Positions 40,205 to 54,210 are shown, numbered from the stretch's first letter. The stretch is 64,000 nucleotides of DNA from Octopus sinensis (GCF_006345805.1 NC_043003.1:83328001-83392000), one strand, 5' to 3'. Made by a program: numbers and translations. The notes: generated by a model not told the origin, from the letters alone.

Positions 40205-43200
40205 GACCTCTGATCAAAAGTGTTCAATACTATACGTTATTTAGCAACTCTGCTGTGAAATGCTCTTCTCAGTTATCAGTTTTACATATGCACGCAGAAC
40301 TGTTTAGCTGACTATCCCTTACAGTATCAAGTGAACAATTTTATCTTTGAACATATCACACTGGTTGTCGAATACTACTTCCCAATAACCAATTTTACTG
40401 TTGATCACTGTATATTTGAACAGATTGGCCAATACTATACTCACACAGTAATTGGCTGGTCAATACTAAACCCAATCACATATTTTGCATTTGAACACAG
40501 TACATTTATTCTAGTTGCCTAATACTATACTGAATTTAAAATTTTGCATTCGAAAGCAGCACGTCTTAAATCGAATCAAATATTATAAGTCAACCAGCAA
40601 TTTCGTATTTGAACACATCATTCTTGAACTAGTCAGAGCTTTTACTGACACAACAATTTCATTTTTGAACATAACAGATTTTACTATTGTACCTTCGTTT
40701 TTGGCTGTCCCGTAGTTTATGCAAATCAGAATTTCTCATTTGAAAACAACAAATTTTATATTGCAGTCGAATTCTATCATCACATAGGATGTCTCATTCT
40801 TCAATCAGCTATTTAGTACGTGACGAAAAAACCTTTTACGTTCGAATTCAGTACTAATAAGGTAGTTGTCCAATACTATACTACACTCATTAATTTCGAA
40901 TTTGAATACGACACCTTTAATTCTAGTATTCAGATAGCATCTTTACATTTGGACGCAGCAAGTTTAAAAGTTAGCAAAACATATTTCGGCTGGTTTTTCT
41001 ATACTCAGCTCATTGAGCAAGCTCGTATTTGAGCACAACACATTTGAACTAAATTTCCATTACTAAACTCAGGGAAGACTTCGAAATTTCTAATACTAAT
41101 GTTCTAATGACAGTCAGAAATTTCTCGTTCACAATTAAACACAATATATATGTGCAGTCACTTTAACACTAAATTAAGTTTGTAATTTCACATTGGAAGA
41201 CATCTTTAAACTTGCAGTTGAATATTAAGCACGATCAAAATTTTCATACTTGAGCATAATTTTGCAATAGATGTCCAATAACATACTCGGAAATTTCGCT
41301 GTCCTATAAATATACTCAACCTGTAATTTCATTTTTAAACAGCTGATTTAAGCTGGTTTTGTAATATTAACTTCCGTGTATATTTTTTTCTTTTTTTACA
41401 TTTGAACATCGTATCTTTTATTTCTATACTAATATCAATCAGCAAATTGACCACGGAACTTTTAAGCCAATAATATATTCTTCGGTCAGCAATTTCGCAT
41501 TTGAATATAACTTTGATATGGCTGTCCTCTAATATATTCATTCACCTATTTCATATTTAAAAACAGCAAATTTAATCTGGCTAACATAACATATTTGGGT
41601 TGGTTTTTCAATACTAACGTCACTAAGTAATTTCATATTTGAACGCAACAAATTTCATATAGCTAGGCTAACACCCGTCAGTGATTTTGCCTTTGAACAC
41701 GTTACTTTTAGCTGGATGATTGACATGAATCTAAGTTACCATTTTGGGGGTTGAACATTGTGTATTTGGGCTGGCTTTCCAATCACATACTTTGCCAGCA
41801 AGTTTATACCAGAACAGAATACCTTTGAGCTGGTTATTAGTATTTACCACAGTCAGAAATTTTACACTTGAATATAGCAACTTTTGGCCGGCTGACTCGT
41901 GTGATACTAAGTCATCAATTTCGTAATAAAACATAACTCATTAGGGCCGGCTTTACCAGCAATTTCACATTTGAACAGGACATCTTTGAGCGGTTCTCTA
42001 AAACCCACAGTAGCCAGCAATCTTACATTGAACACAGAACATTTGAGCTAGCTGATAGATAAAATAATCGGTCGGCATTCTGTGCAGAGTTCATTTCAGC
42101 TGGCTATCAAATAATATAACGTACTTAGTCAACAATTTAGAATTTCAGCTCATCGTATTGTAATCAGTCAGTAATTTGAAACTGAACAAAGTAACTTCGC
42201 TTTGTTTGACATGTATTAAACTCACTCGATAATTCTGTATTATAACAGTAAATCTGAGGTTTCTGACAAATTGGAAAGCTGAGCTAGCTGCACTTTTCAG
42301 CTGGATCTTCTATATTATATTCACTAAATTTCCAGTACTAAATTAAGGGAGCAACTTTACATTTGAACAAATAAACATAGGCTAGCCATTCATTACTATC
42401 ATTAGTAACTTCTAATTGGACAATTTGCTGCGTGTCAAGTACAACGTTCATTGAACGGAGCACGCACGAGTTTGCAATCTAATATTATGCTTAATCAACA
42501 ATTTTAATTTTCACCACAACACCTTTGAACTAGTTTCCTAATATAATATTGGGACAATCTTGCATCTTAACATTGCACCTTGGACTTCGCATCTTCGGGT
42601 TTAAAATAGAAAACACACCTATTCCGTTAACAATTTTGCACTTAAATAAAAGCGTCTGTATTGTCGGTTCACTAATAAACTCAGCAGTTTCGCATTTAAG
42701 CGCAGAATCTGTGAGCTAGATGTCCAGTAATATACTCAGTCAGCAATCTCGCATGTGAATAAAACACATTTGAGCTGGATGCTCAAATCCACACTAAGGC
42801 AGCAAATTTAACGCTTGAATGCAGTAGCTTTGTGGTGACTGCCCGTTATTGTACTCGGTTAGAAATTACGCATTTGAGCACATCAACTTTGAATGGCATT
42901 TTCATACCATTAAAGTGTCAGTAATTTTGCAGTAAAGCATAAGCAAGAGCAAATACGCAGTTGGGCGCAGCAAATACGAGCTTGTTGTGCCGCACTAAAT
43001 ATAGTCTGCAATTTCGTTTCTGAACCCGTCATCTTGGAGTTGACTGCCAAAACCTAACCATTGTGAGCCATTTCATATTTAAATACTAAACTTTTAACTT
43101 ATTATCAATGCCTAACTTCAGCCAATTTTCACACTGAAACACAATACTTGGTAAGTCAATGTTAAGTGCCATTTCGCTTTTGAACACAACACCTTTAAAG

Positions 43201-43625
43201 TGACTGCCCAATGATAAAGTCAATAAGTATTTCTGTATTTGAACAGAACACTTCTGAGCTGGAAGGTTCAATACTAATTCTGAATTCGCATTTGAAAATA
43301 CCATTGATTTTGCTATAAAATATCTAACTCAGTCTGTATTTTTACATTTAAATATATTACCCTTAAGCCGTGTGTACCCTGTTACAATTCGCATTTAAAC
43401 ATATCTCATTTCATTTTCTTATCATATACTAAACCTAAACCTCTATTTTATATTTAAACATATAAGCTTTGACTAAATATCCAATATTATCTCTCTTAAA
43501 TATTACCTTTGAACATACTGCTTTTGTGATGGCGGTTCAATACTATACTCTATTAGTTATTCAACATTTGAACACAGTATCTCTGAACTGACTGGCTAAC
43601 ACTAAACTCAGCCATTTGATGTCTC
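40205..43625. repeat. Highly diverged tandem array of ~59-bp units (~55 copies)
   Basis: Eye-derived consensus AATTTCGCATTTGAACACAACACATTTGAGCTGGCTGTTCAATACTATACTCAGTCAGC. Unit anchors at 42686, 42745, 42805, 42864 and 42923 give a 59-60 bp period; some units are shortened by deletions. Confidence 0.85.
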
Positions 43626-45350
43626 ATGTAAAATGGATGCATTCGCGATTACTTCTCTGTATTATAACTTCAACATAGACAAGCAGAAAAAACGCACATA
43701 ATACGGTTGCGCATCTCTCAGTTGCTGCATTCAATTCTCACTCAAATCACAACCTACTTTCATAAAAATGGAAGAGTCGTTCGATAATATGGTAATATCA
43801 TGGCAGACTTGGCCTAAATATATATATGTGGTTCATATTTTCGTGTAGGATAATGAACTCAGAAATTGATACGCAGATTTAATAACTCTGTAAAAAATTA
43901 TAAAGACTGGAGTAAAATAATTTTAGATCTTGGTCAATTGTTGTGAGAAAACCTTCATCTGTATTTGAGAAAAGTTGTAAAACTGTGAATTTTTTGTTTG
44001 ATTTCGTGAAAGCTTCATGTTTCTGCGAAAAGCCAGGTGCCTCAATAATAGAAAGAGACAAAAGACTTTGTAGAATATAATTGATATTCAGACACATACA
44101 TAAAAAATAATTAACGTGAGATAGCGTAAAATATTTAGGTGTACAATAAATGAATATAAAAGCAAAGTAATTTTATTGAAATAATGATATAAAAACAATT
44201 GCGAAGATATCCACTTTTTTCTCCCTTGAGTTCCCAGTGTTGTGCTTTTGACAAGTAAATTATTTCAATTAAAATTGTTTTATCTCAAAACGAAGCGAGA
44301 GACAGAGCATTTTGCAAGAAAGAAAGTATATTTTGTTTGTGAAACTAAAAACTTTTAACGAAATTAACTGCATAAAATACAATAGAAGAGCAGAGTATTT
44401 AGTTTCCTTTTTGCTTCACTATATTTTTTTTCTTCTAAGTGTACCCACTCCCGTCTCATGTGTCATAAACATACGTAAATCTGATATCTCAAATTTCTGT
44501 TCGAAGACATATTCAAGCGCATTTTCTACATTAAAATATATCGCTTTCAGCACTTGAAATGTATGCAGAACACATCTGAATTTCATGTACATTATTCAGT
44601 ACTTTAGGTCAAACAGATCTCAACTGAAAATTAATCCTTTAACGATAAAATATCGCAGTTCTTTCTAGCGTTTTATTTTAATTATTATGCTATTATATGC
44701 AACTATGTACTGTTGAGTACTTGGTGAACATTTTCTATATTTCCCTTCGGTATCAATTACTATCCTTCTTCATTTACGCTATTTCTCATTTTTTATTTTA
44801 TTTTTTTTCTCATATGACGATCGATAATACATTCAATTACATTATGTTGATAGCGTTAAATCGGATATTTTACAATCTTCTTCTAATTTGCTACATATTA
44901 TAAAAAAAGAAAAGTTTTGTGAACCATCAAGGGGTAATAATTAAGTCGAAAATCATTCCGCCCTGAAGACTCAACAATGTATCTATATCGATGTACATTT
45001 CTTTCGTTTACATTTTTATAACTTTTTTTTATTAGTTGTCTTGAGAAAGTGTTTCCAGCGGAAATGAGTTTTCTTATATTGTTATATATATATATATGTG
45101 CGGTGAATAGTGGATGTTCTTCAGTTCGCTCCGTACTTTAGTAATGTGTGCGTTTGTGTGTGGTGTGTATATACACGCGTGTAATTCTTTGAGAATACCT
45201 CTATTTGCAAGTGTATGTTTAAGTCCGTCCATTTTAATGCAATCCAATATTGAGTTAATTTGAAAATTTTGTTTTTAGACTTTATTCAGAGAACAGGAAT
45301 AGATAGCTAGCTACCTAAATAGATAGATAGGTACAAATATGGTATATCGC

Positions 45351-45440
<90 letters not shown>

Positions 45441-45514
45441 TATATACATATATATATATATATATGTATATATATGTATATATATATATACATATATATA
45501 TATATACATACATA

Positions 45515-45558
<44 letters not shown>

Positions 45559-45769
45559 TCATACATATATATCCATACATATATATAATATACATATACT
45601 TTACGATGTACTACTACTGTTTAAATCTCGCTCAGAGATTTCTTATTGCTTATATGTGTGTGTGGTGTGTGTGTGTGTGTGTGTGTGTGTTGTGTATGTA
45701 TGTGTGTATATATGTATGCATGTATGCATGTAAGTATGTGAGTGTCTGTGGCTTGAGCGTGCTGAAAAA

Positions 45770-45991
45770 ATAGCACACTGGGAAAAAATTGCTTAGAAGC
45801 ATTTCGTCCATTTCTGCGCTCTGACTTCAAATTTTGGCGAGATTGACTTTGCTTTTTTATTATTTCGGGATCAATGAAATAGCTACCACTCGAGCCCTGG
45901 TGTCGATTTAACAGGATTACCACCCTTTCCTGATTTGCTGGCCTTGTGCCAAAATTTGAAATTTTTATTATTATTATTATTCATCAGTTGC

Positions 45992-46049
<58 letters not shown>

Positions 46050-46270
46050 TAGTCGTAGTAGTAGTAGTAGTAAGGTAGCAGAATCATTAGTATGCCGGAC
46101 AAATGCTCAATGGCATTTCGTCCATCTTTATGTTTATAGTTCCTCCGAAGTCGACTTTGCTTTTCATACATCCAGGGTCGATAAACTAAGTACCAGTTGA
46201 ACTCTGAGATCGATGTAATCGAATACACCTCCTTGCTGGCATTGTACCAAAATTTGAAACCATTATTATT
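45770..46270 (+). mobile_element. Two degenerate family B SINE copies separated by (TAG)n
   Basis: Cores at ~45830-45910 and ~46145-46215, each ending CCAAAATTTGAAA followed by (ATT)n. Confidence 0.7.
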
Positions 46271-46477
46271 ATCATTATATAACTGTTCAAAATTTGGTAG
46301 ATTGAGGCAAATTTTTACTGCATCACCTTCTACACCATCGTGTTGCTTGGTGTGTGTGCAGCATTGTGTGATCTTTTCTCTTGTAGTGTGGTGCAGCCTT
46401 TGTAGTGTTACTGTTTTTATTGTATGTATGTTGAGTGTGTAATGCATTGGTTATCTGGCTTTACAAACGCAACAACC

Positions 46478-46556
<79 letters not shown>

Positions 46557-46616
46557 CATTATCATCATCATCATCATCATCCTCATTAATATTATTTTTT
46601 AATTATTATCATTATT

Positions 46617-46669
<53 letters not shown>

Positions 46670-46689
46670 CATCATTATTATTATTTAGT

Positions 46690-47958
46690 AGTTTTATTTT
46701 TATAGCGTACTTTCACTTCACTACCGAGCGCAGCTCTGTGTGTCTTATGTATGTGTTGTGGTTTGTTGTGATGCTCTTATGGTTACTGTATTGAAAGTGT
46801 TTTGCGTAGGATGTGTGCAGTACCCAGTAGTGCAATTTTCTGTATGTTATATATATTTGTAAGTCCTGGTGTTTTTGTTATGTATTTGTCTGAATATCTT
46901 TTTATCATACCTAATGCGCCCACTATAATAAGAATTGTTTCCGTTTTTAGACTCCACATTCGAGTTACCTCTATTTCCAAGTCTTTGTATATTGAAAGTT
47001 TCTCCATTTCTTTTAGAGAAACGTTGTCATCTGCTGATATTGATACATCAATTAGAAAGCATTTTTCTTTTCTTCATGATCTCTGACAACTATATTTGGC
47101 CTATTGGCCTTAATTTTTTTATCTGTGTGTATTGGCATATCCCAAAGTATGGTTGCGTTCTCGTTTTCTGTGACCTTTTCTGGTGTATGCCTATATCATC
47201 TTTTTTCTGTTATTCCATACTGTTGGCACAGCTTCCATTGTATGTAGGTCCCAACTCTGTCGGGTCTGTGAGTATATTCCTTCTTAGCCAAGACTGGGCA
47301 GCCAGAGATAATATGATTTATTGTTTCTTCTCCATCTCCACATATTCTGTAGCTACTTGTTATGCTTCTTTTCGTTATATATTTTTGGTAATTTCTGGTG
47401 GGGAGGCTTTGGTCTTGTACAGCAATTAAAAATCCCTCCGTCTCTGCTTTGAGTCCTGAGCTTCTCAACCACTGCTAGGATTTTTCTCTGTCTATTTCGT
47501 TTGCATTTAGTTTAGTCCAGTATTTGCCATGAAGGGGCTTTTCTTGCCATCGTTTTATCATGGTCCATTGCTGTTCTAGTTTTAGTTTGGATTTCATTCG
47601 TTTTATAGCTTTTGTTGTTTCTTCTTCATATTTGTTAGGTAGTATGATTTCTTGTTTGTATTTGTCAGCGTTCTTAAATACAGGGAACAGTTTTTTGTTT
47701 TGCTCGTGTTTTGTGGGTATTTGTATCATTTTTCCTTGTTTCTGAAGTAGGTATTTTTGCAGTCCTATTGTAGTTATTTTATAATAGCTGTGTAAGGCCT
47801 CTACCACCAACTCGGACGGCTAAAGTGTTAACAGCTATCATCTTGTTTTTAGCATTGAGCTCTGTTTTTAGTATTCATCTGACTCGTCTATAGTATTCTT
47901 TCTTTATTTTCTCTTTCATTTGTGTGTGTTGTATCATATCTAGTTCATGGACTTCTAG
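46690..47958 (-). mobile_element. R4/Dong-like non-LTR retrotransposon, 5'-truncated 3' half (copy 2), embedded in (TAA)n
   Basis: WQEKPLHGKY, LKAETEGFLIAVQDQSLPTRNY, CRICG..ETINHIISGCPVLA-like zinc finger, and EKLSIYKDLEIEVTRMWSLKTE..IIVGALG...QKIALLGTAHILRK. (TAA)n arrays lie on both flanks. Confidence 0.92.
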
Positions 47959-48007
47959 TTATTATTATTATTATTATCATTATTATTATCATTATTATTA
48001 TTATCAT

Positions 48008-48041
<34 letters not shown>

Positions 48042-48088
48042 TAGTAGTAGTAGTAGTAGTATTCATGGACTCCTAAATATTATTATTA

Positions 48089-48131
<43 letters not shown>

Positions 48132-48179
48132 CATCATTAATATATCACTTCTGAAAGCTCTTGATTTTACTTGCTCTGG

Positions 48180-48330
48180 TTAAATCTGTAGGAGTAGTCA
48201 ATAACCTGTTGTGAAAGATCTCATAGGGTCTCTTTCGTGATACTTGACATCCAAGTACCAATTTCAAAAGAGCAGCTTTTCTGGGCATATTCTACCCTCC
48301 TGTGAAGCCCAATCTCTCCAACAATTTTCT
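48180..48330 (+). mobile_element. Possible old R4-like LINE C-terminal remnant
   Basis: VGVV....KRAAFLG resembles the IVGALG...QKIALLG end of the Dong-like copies. Very degenerate. Confidence 0.3.
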
Positions 48331-49273
48331 CAGGTCAGGTTGTTAATGCTCTCATTGACCCAACAACTACAAGGAGGACAGCTACACGTTATTTAATCAT
48401 ATGTTGATTGAACCCATTTTGTCTGGCCTCTACTGTGAATGAAGAGTGGGTGCCTTGCTACACGTGTGAGATGATTGAATGTAGAGTACCAGTGATCCTA
48501 AACGAAGATCAAAAGACAATGCGATATTTCTTTTTCATCAAGTGTACATGTTATCTAATCATATGTTGCACCAACCCATCTTGTCTATCCTGATTTGTGA
48601 ATGAAGAGCGTATGCCTTTTTACATGTGTAAGATTACTTGAACTTAAGTACCATTTTTTTTAAAAGAAGATCAGTGATGCTGCGTGGCTTGCGGGGTCCC
48701 CGTGTCCATCACTCCATTTTTATCACTTCCACTCTTTCATTATCCATACGCTATTTTGACCCCTATGTTTTGTTTGTCCTGTATTGTCCCTTCAGTGCAT
48801 TATCCTTTTATGGTGAATAAAAATTAAGTGCCTTTTACTGAAAACAAAAGAATTCAGCGATTACCTAAATTGAACTATGAGCGTTCCTAAAATACACGTC
48901 TGAAAAACTGTAAGTCTATAATGCACAAATGAATGCATAAATCCCATGTTTATTTTATATATAACACCGTAAAAACATAGCACATAAACGTGATAATAAA
49001 ACCATACATTTACAAATTCGACTGATGATGGCGATAGACTTCGAGTCTGAATTTCGACCTCGGATTACCTGTACTTCTATATCAATAACAAAATCTTTTA
49101 TTAGGCTATGAGCGTATGTGCAATGAGCGTAAGAATTATTTTGCACGGATTATCATTCCCTTATATGATAACCGAAAACAGTGATAAAGTTTTCAAAGAA
49201 ACAAATTATTTAACAGTGCAAAACAGTAATACTGCTTCCAATAAAACAAAGTACCATCAGGTCAAAGTATATA

Positions 49274-49319
<46 letters not shown>

Positions 49320-49541
49320 TATATACATACATATACACATACAAATATATATAAATATACATATATATATATGTATATATATATATGATATATATATATA
49401 TGTGTATATATATATATATACATATATATATGTGTATATATATATAAGTTCAGCAAAAATTTAGATTCAAATGAATATGGCACTTAATTTAGATGCACCA
49501 AAATTTTTTATGGTGTTACCCATAAAAATATGAGGGGTCAT

Positions 49542-49888
49542 TATAATCAAAAAATAAGCAACAAGAATGAATCCGGTAACTAAGTACAATTGTTTCATAC
49601 TACAACATTTTATTAAAAGCTGTAAACAAGGTTTTGGTCAGTTGGCATCTGAACTACACGACCTCATGTTCCTAAGATTCATATCTACATCTTTATCTGT
49701 ATATTTACCTTCCCTGAGATGTTATTAATTGATTTGAAAACTTTATATTATTGGAAAACCTATATAAGATAAGCTGAAGATTACTCGGCATCTTAAATCT
49801 GCTGTAATATTTACAGCTTTTAATAAAATGTTGTAGTATGAAACAATTGTACTAAATTACCGGATTCATTCTTGTTGCTTATTTTTTG

Positions 49889-49894
<6 letters not shown>
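49542..49894. repeat. Inverted repeat (~85-bp arms) derived from a Penelope-like pLTR
   Basis: 49542-49626 is the reverse complement of 49810-49894, with few mismatches. The right arm carries GAAACAATTGTA. (TA)n tracts lie nearby on both sides. Confidence 0.85.
49770..49856 (+). ncRNA. Degenerate minimal type I hammerhead ribozyme (C3-G8 core, long stem II insert)
   Basis: taag CTGAAGA ttac...gtat GAAA CAATTG TA ctaa. Core and palindromic stem III are intact; stems I and II each carry a mismatch. Confidence 0.5.
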
Positions 49895-49970
<76 letters not shown>

Positions 49971-50019
49971 TATGTTATATATAATATATATATATACATG
50001 TATATATATATAATTATAT

Positions 50020-50480
50020 GAAAACTTGTATGGTAAATAAACAAACGACGTAACGTGTACTGAGTGTACAACCGGACGGGAGTCAAACACAGAAGATCCC
50101 TAATTCCTCATCAGTTATCAACCAATTGATAATACTCAGTTTTGCACCATTAAAGATAAGACGGAGAATTCGGGGCCGAGAGCAAATAAAACAGAGCAAA
50201 ACAACACAGAGTGTGATTTAGGACGGTGGACAAGGACGAACAGAAAAGCAAAATCGGCCTTAGGGCCAAGAAGTCAAGAGTAGTGTGTAACGCTTAGAAG
50301 ATATACTAAAGGAGAGATAACGTATAGACAGAGAATTTGCGACTAGTCAGCTACGGGATCAGTGTGAGAAAGGGAGACAACTAGTCGCGGGTCACATGAC
50401 AGCAGCAAGCAGAGGAGAAAGACAGCAAGAGAGAGGGAGGGAAGGCGACAGAGAGAAGAAAGGGAAGGAATGATGGAAGA
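50020..50480 (-). mobile_element. Probable PLE 3' UTR/pLTR fragment
   Basis: Pyrimidine-rich minus-strand segment between (TA)n tracts containing ataaCTGATGAggaa. The GAAA half of a hammerhead is absent (cut off by the microsatellite). Confidence 0.4.
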
Positions 50481-50634
50481 GAAAAGGATAAAGTAGAAAG
50501 GCTAGAATAGAAATGAGTGGGTGAGAGAAAGAGAAGGGAATAATAATATATACATATGTGTATATGATTGTATATATATAATTATATGTTATATATAATA
50601 TATATGCATATATACACACAAACACACACACACA

Positions 50635-50683
<49 letters not shown>

Positions 50684-50977
50684 TATATATAGTCTAATAC
50701 ATGTAACTGTATATGTATGTATTTAGGTATGGATAGATAGAGAGATATACCTAAAAGACAAGTGTATTATTCAAAATACATATATTTTAAGTATATTTAA
50801 ATATATGAATATACATATATATAATATATAATAACATTAATATATACAAATATATACAAATATACATAGATAGATGGATAGATAGATAGACAGAAGGAGA
50901 CAGAGAGAGATAATATATATAGATATATTAATTTATATATATATCCTTTTACATTTATAAGCACATTGTTTGAATGT

Positions 50978-51077
<100 letters not shown>

Positions 51078-51969
51078 ATATTTTTATGTATATATCGGGG
51101 AATATATCAATATATTTACTTATATGTGTGTGAATATGTACATATATATGTGTGTGTGCGTACTTGTATATTTTTATAAAAGTATACACAAACACTTATA
51201 TATGCATATAGACATACATTACGTACATATTCGTATATAATATACAATTTTATTCACTCGCTGATATAGTTACTTTTAGTTTAAACTGAGGTAATATATC
51301 GATTCGAAATAATTTCGTAATTTAAATGATGAGCATTAATAATTATCACGAAGAAATTTAGACGAAAATATTAAAATCTATTAAATAGATAAGAAAAGAA
51401 ATAGCTGAAATGGTATTAAACGAAATTGATTTCTTTTTTCAATTAAAAATAAATAAATAAAAGTAGAGATAAATACAAAACTGGATTTATTTTCCACTCC
51501 ATTAATTATATTCCCATCCATAACAGTAATTCTAGTTTCAAAATTCCATTATAAAATGAATTCTAAGCTGAAGAGAAAAAATATAATAGAGAATACCATT
51601 CTAGAGATCTTAATCGAAAACCGTGCACAAAGACTGAGAAGCGCCAATATCTAACATCAAAACACTAGATATTTCGTTGTAACGGAGAATAGTGAAAGAG
51701 AATAAAGCAAATTGAGGAGAAAGATAAGACTTCAAATGTCCATAGTATGTGTGTATTCTTTGTCTAAAAATATTATAAACGACAACCAATCCGGATGCTA
51801 AATAATTTTCAAAAATATATCTTTCTTTAATAATGTTCGCCTCTCTTTATACATCCGGCATTTAAAATCATACGAGAGGTTTTTGTTACCCACGCCATTC
51901 ATGTGAATGCTTCGATAAATGTATGGTTCTTTTGTTGAATACACGTCGACATAATTTATAATTTCTGTA

Positions 51970-52025
<56 letters not shown>

Positions 52026-53440
52026 TAGTAGTAGCAACAGCAGCAGCAGTGTCAGGTGTGTGTCAGTTGATTGGTTGCGTGAGTGCTCCACTACCAATCG
52101 AAGTGTATTTAGTTCGTATTCAATTAGCAGTACATTGCGATGACAAACAGCAAATCCCCCGTCTCACGGTTCAACATCATTTTGAAGCATTTACAAAAGG
52201 TCCTTTTGAGAAGCTTACAAAAAGGACGTGTGGTGTTTTGTTTGTTTTTTTCTTTTTCTTTTTTTCTTTCTGAAGTTCATACTGCTGGCAACACTTAAGT
52301 TAGGTCTCAGGTCTAAGAATAATTTCCTCTTTTCTTCTTACAAGTCCCATGGATCCTGGAAAGAGTAGTAACCGCTACTTTCCTATTCTTTTTCTCCGAC
52401 AAAGCCATTAGGAAAAAGGTAAAGAGAAATCCATTTGTGTGCATTGACCCTGCAATACAGAAATATGAAAGTCACAATTGAAATGCTTTTGATCATAGAT
52501 CAATTGAAGATTACATTCTTCATATTTGCTTTTCATCTTATAGTCTGGAAGATAGAGTCCACAGCACTTTTGCAGGGCCTCCGAGGCAAGTGGAAGAGAG
52601 TGAACAAGGTATCTTCACGCCTGAACTCGAATACTTGCAACGAAGTAAAGCCACCCGAGGACTAGACAAACAGGTTAAGTCTTCTACCTACGTAGGCAAT
52701 GTCGGGACTTGAACTAAAAACTCAATGAACTGAGAATATCGCAAGACATCTGGTTTGGCCTTCTTAGAGACCTGCCAATCCACTGTTTTCGATTGGTACT
52801 TTTTAATCGGCCCGAAAAATGAGAGTCAAAGTTGATCATGATAGAATTTGAATTTAAATTGCTGAGTCGAACAAATGCTGCAAAGCCAATTTATCTTTCT
52901 AAATTGAAATAATGACAAGAATCACCGTTTTCATTCCATGTACACGTACAAACCTATTTTGTTTTAATTGACAGTTTACCATTGTAGGCAATGAACTGTT
53001 CTTATCGTAATGTATAACCAAATTATCTTCAACACAATGGGCTACCGTCAATGTGATAGATTGAAACAACAGCCCAATCTGCTTCATACTACACCAGACT
53101 GCCTTGAATAAGACAAAAGTATAGTTTATAAAGTAATCCTATGAGATGGTATAATTGAATTACCTTAAAAATAGGTTTACAGAGAGAAGAAAGATACAAT
53201 ATGGCCGAATGATAAAGAAATTCGCTTTGCAGTTACGCAGTCCTGGATTCGGCCATCTCGTATAGCATCGTGAACAAGTATCAGCTTCTATAGCCTCGAC
53301 TAGACTCATAACTTGTGAATAAAATCAGGTACACTGTTTGTACATAGAAGCTCGCTGGACAGACTACACATGTAATTAAAATGACACAGACTTGTCAGAT
53401 TGACTCTACTCGAGAATTATGTTAGAGGTACTTGTGTCTA

Positions 53441-53760
53441 TGTGAAGGCGCGCGGCTTAGTGGTTAGGGTATTAGACTCGCGATCGTAAGGTCATGAGTT
53501 CAATACTCGGTGATGCGTTGTGTCTTTGAGCAAGACACTTTATTTCACGTTACTGCAGTCCAAGAAGCTGGCAAAGATGAGTATTACCTGCGTTTCAAAG
53601 GGCCAACCTTGTTACATTCTGTGTCACTCTGAATCTCCCCGAGAACTAAGTTAAGGGTACACGTGTCTGTGGAGTACTCAGTCACTTGCACCTTAATTTC
53701 ACGAGCAGTTTGTTCTGTTGATCGGATAAACTGGAACTCTCGTCGTCGCAACCGACGGAG
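53441..53760 (+). mobile_element. tRNA-derived SINE, family C
   Basis: GTGAAGGCGCGCGGCTTAGTGGTTAGGGTATT...GAGTTCAATACTCGG, then TGTGTCTTTGAGCAAGACACTT. Homologous to 890-1191. Confidence 0.85.
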
Positions 53761-53924
53761 AGACACTTGTGTCTGTAGAATACGGTGCAACTTAAACGTT
53801 AATTCAGGAACAGGAAATTTAGTTAATAGAACAAATTACATGTGCAGAGAGACTGAGACAGACAGAGAGAGAAGCACATAAATTTATATATATATATATA
53901 TATCAATTTATTGTATCCATCAAT

Positions 53925-54210
53925 TATCCATGGGTGGGTTGTGAGAGTAAAGTCCTCGTGTAAGCTTCCAGTGGATTCTGTCAAAAATAATCTCATTGGG
54001 TCTTCCTTCATTGAATCCATCTTGCGATTTTTTTCCTGTGGCATTCTAGCCACACGTCCGTGTACCAGAGGTATGATCCCTTAGTGCAGAGAAGTAGCAG
54101 CTTAACCTGGGGAGATTCCTTGAACTCTGAACTACGCACCCTGTCGAGTAAGGTTACTCCGTGAATCCTTCTGAGGAACCTCATTTCAGCCCTTGTATAT
54201 ATTCGCAAAC
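53925..54210 (-). mobile_element. RTE-clade LINE 3' fragment
   Basis: AEMRFLRRIHGVTLLDRVRSSE and ARMPQE are typical RTE ORF2 C-terminal motifs; frameshifted. Confidence 0.85.

Noticed and set aside
40331-41032. Short ORFs with recurring FEH/YYT motifs as a repetitive protein
   Set aside because: The unit is ~59 bp, so the frame shifts every repeat, and there are many stops.
40205-43625. CRISPR-like repeat-spacer array
   Set aside because: The context is eukaryotic, there are no cas genes, and divergence is spread across the whole unit rather than conserved repeats alternating with unique spacers.
43879-44097. 72-aa ORF or exon on the minus strand
   Set aside because: No recognisable homology, and the candidate splice-bounded segment has stops in all three frames.
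49010-49065. Hammerhead at CTGATGA...GAAT
   Set aside because: Stem I can pair, but GAAA, the UH site and stem II are all broken.
53441-53520. tRNA gene
   Set aside because: The A/B-box head continues into a SINE body that is repeated at 890-1191, and there is no full cloverleaf.
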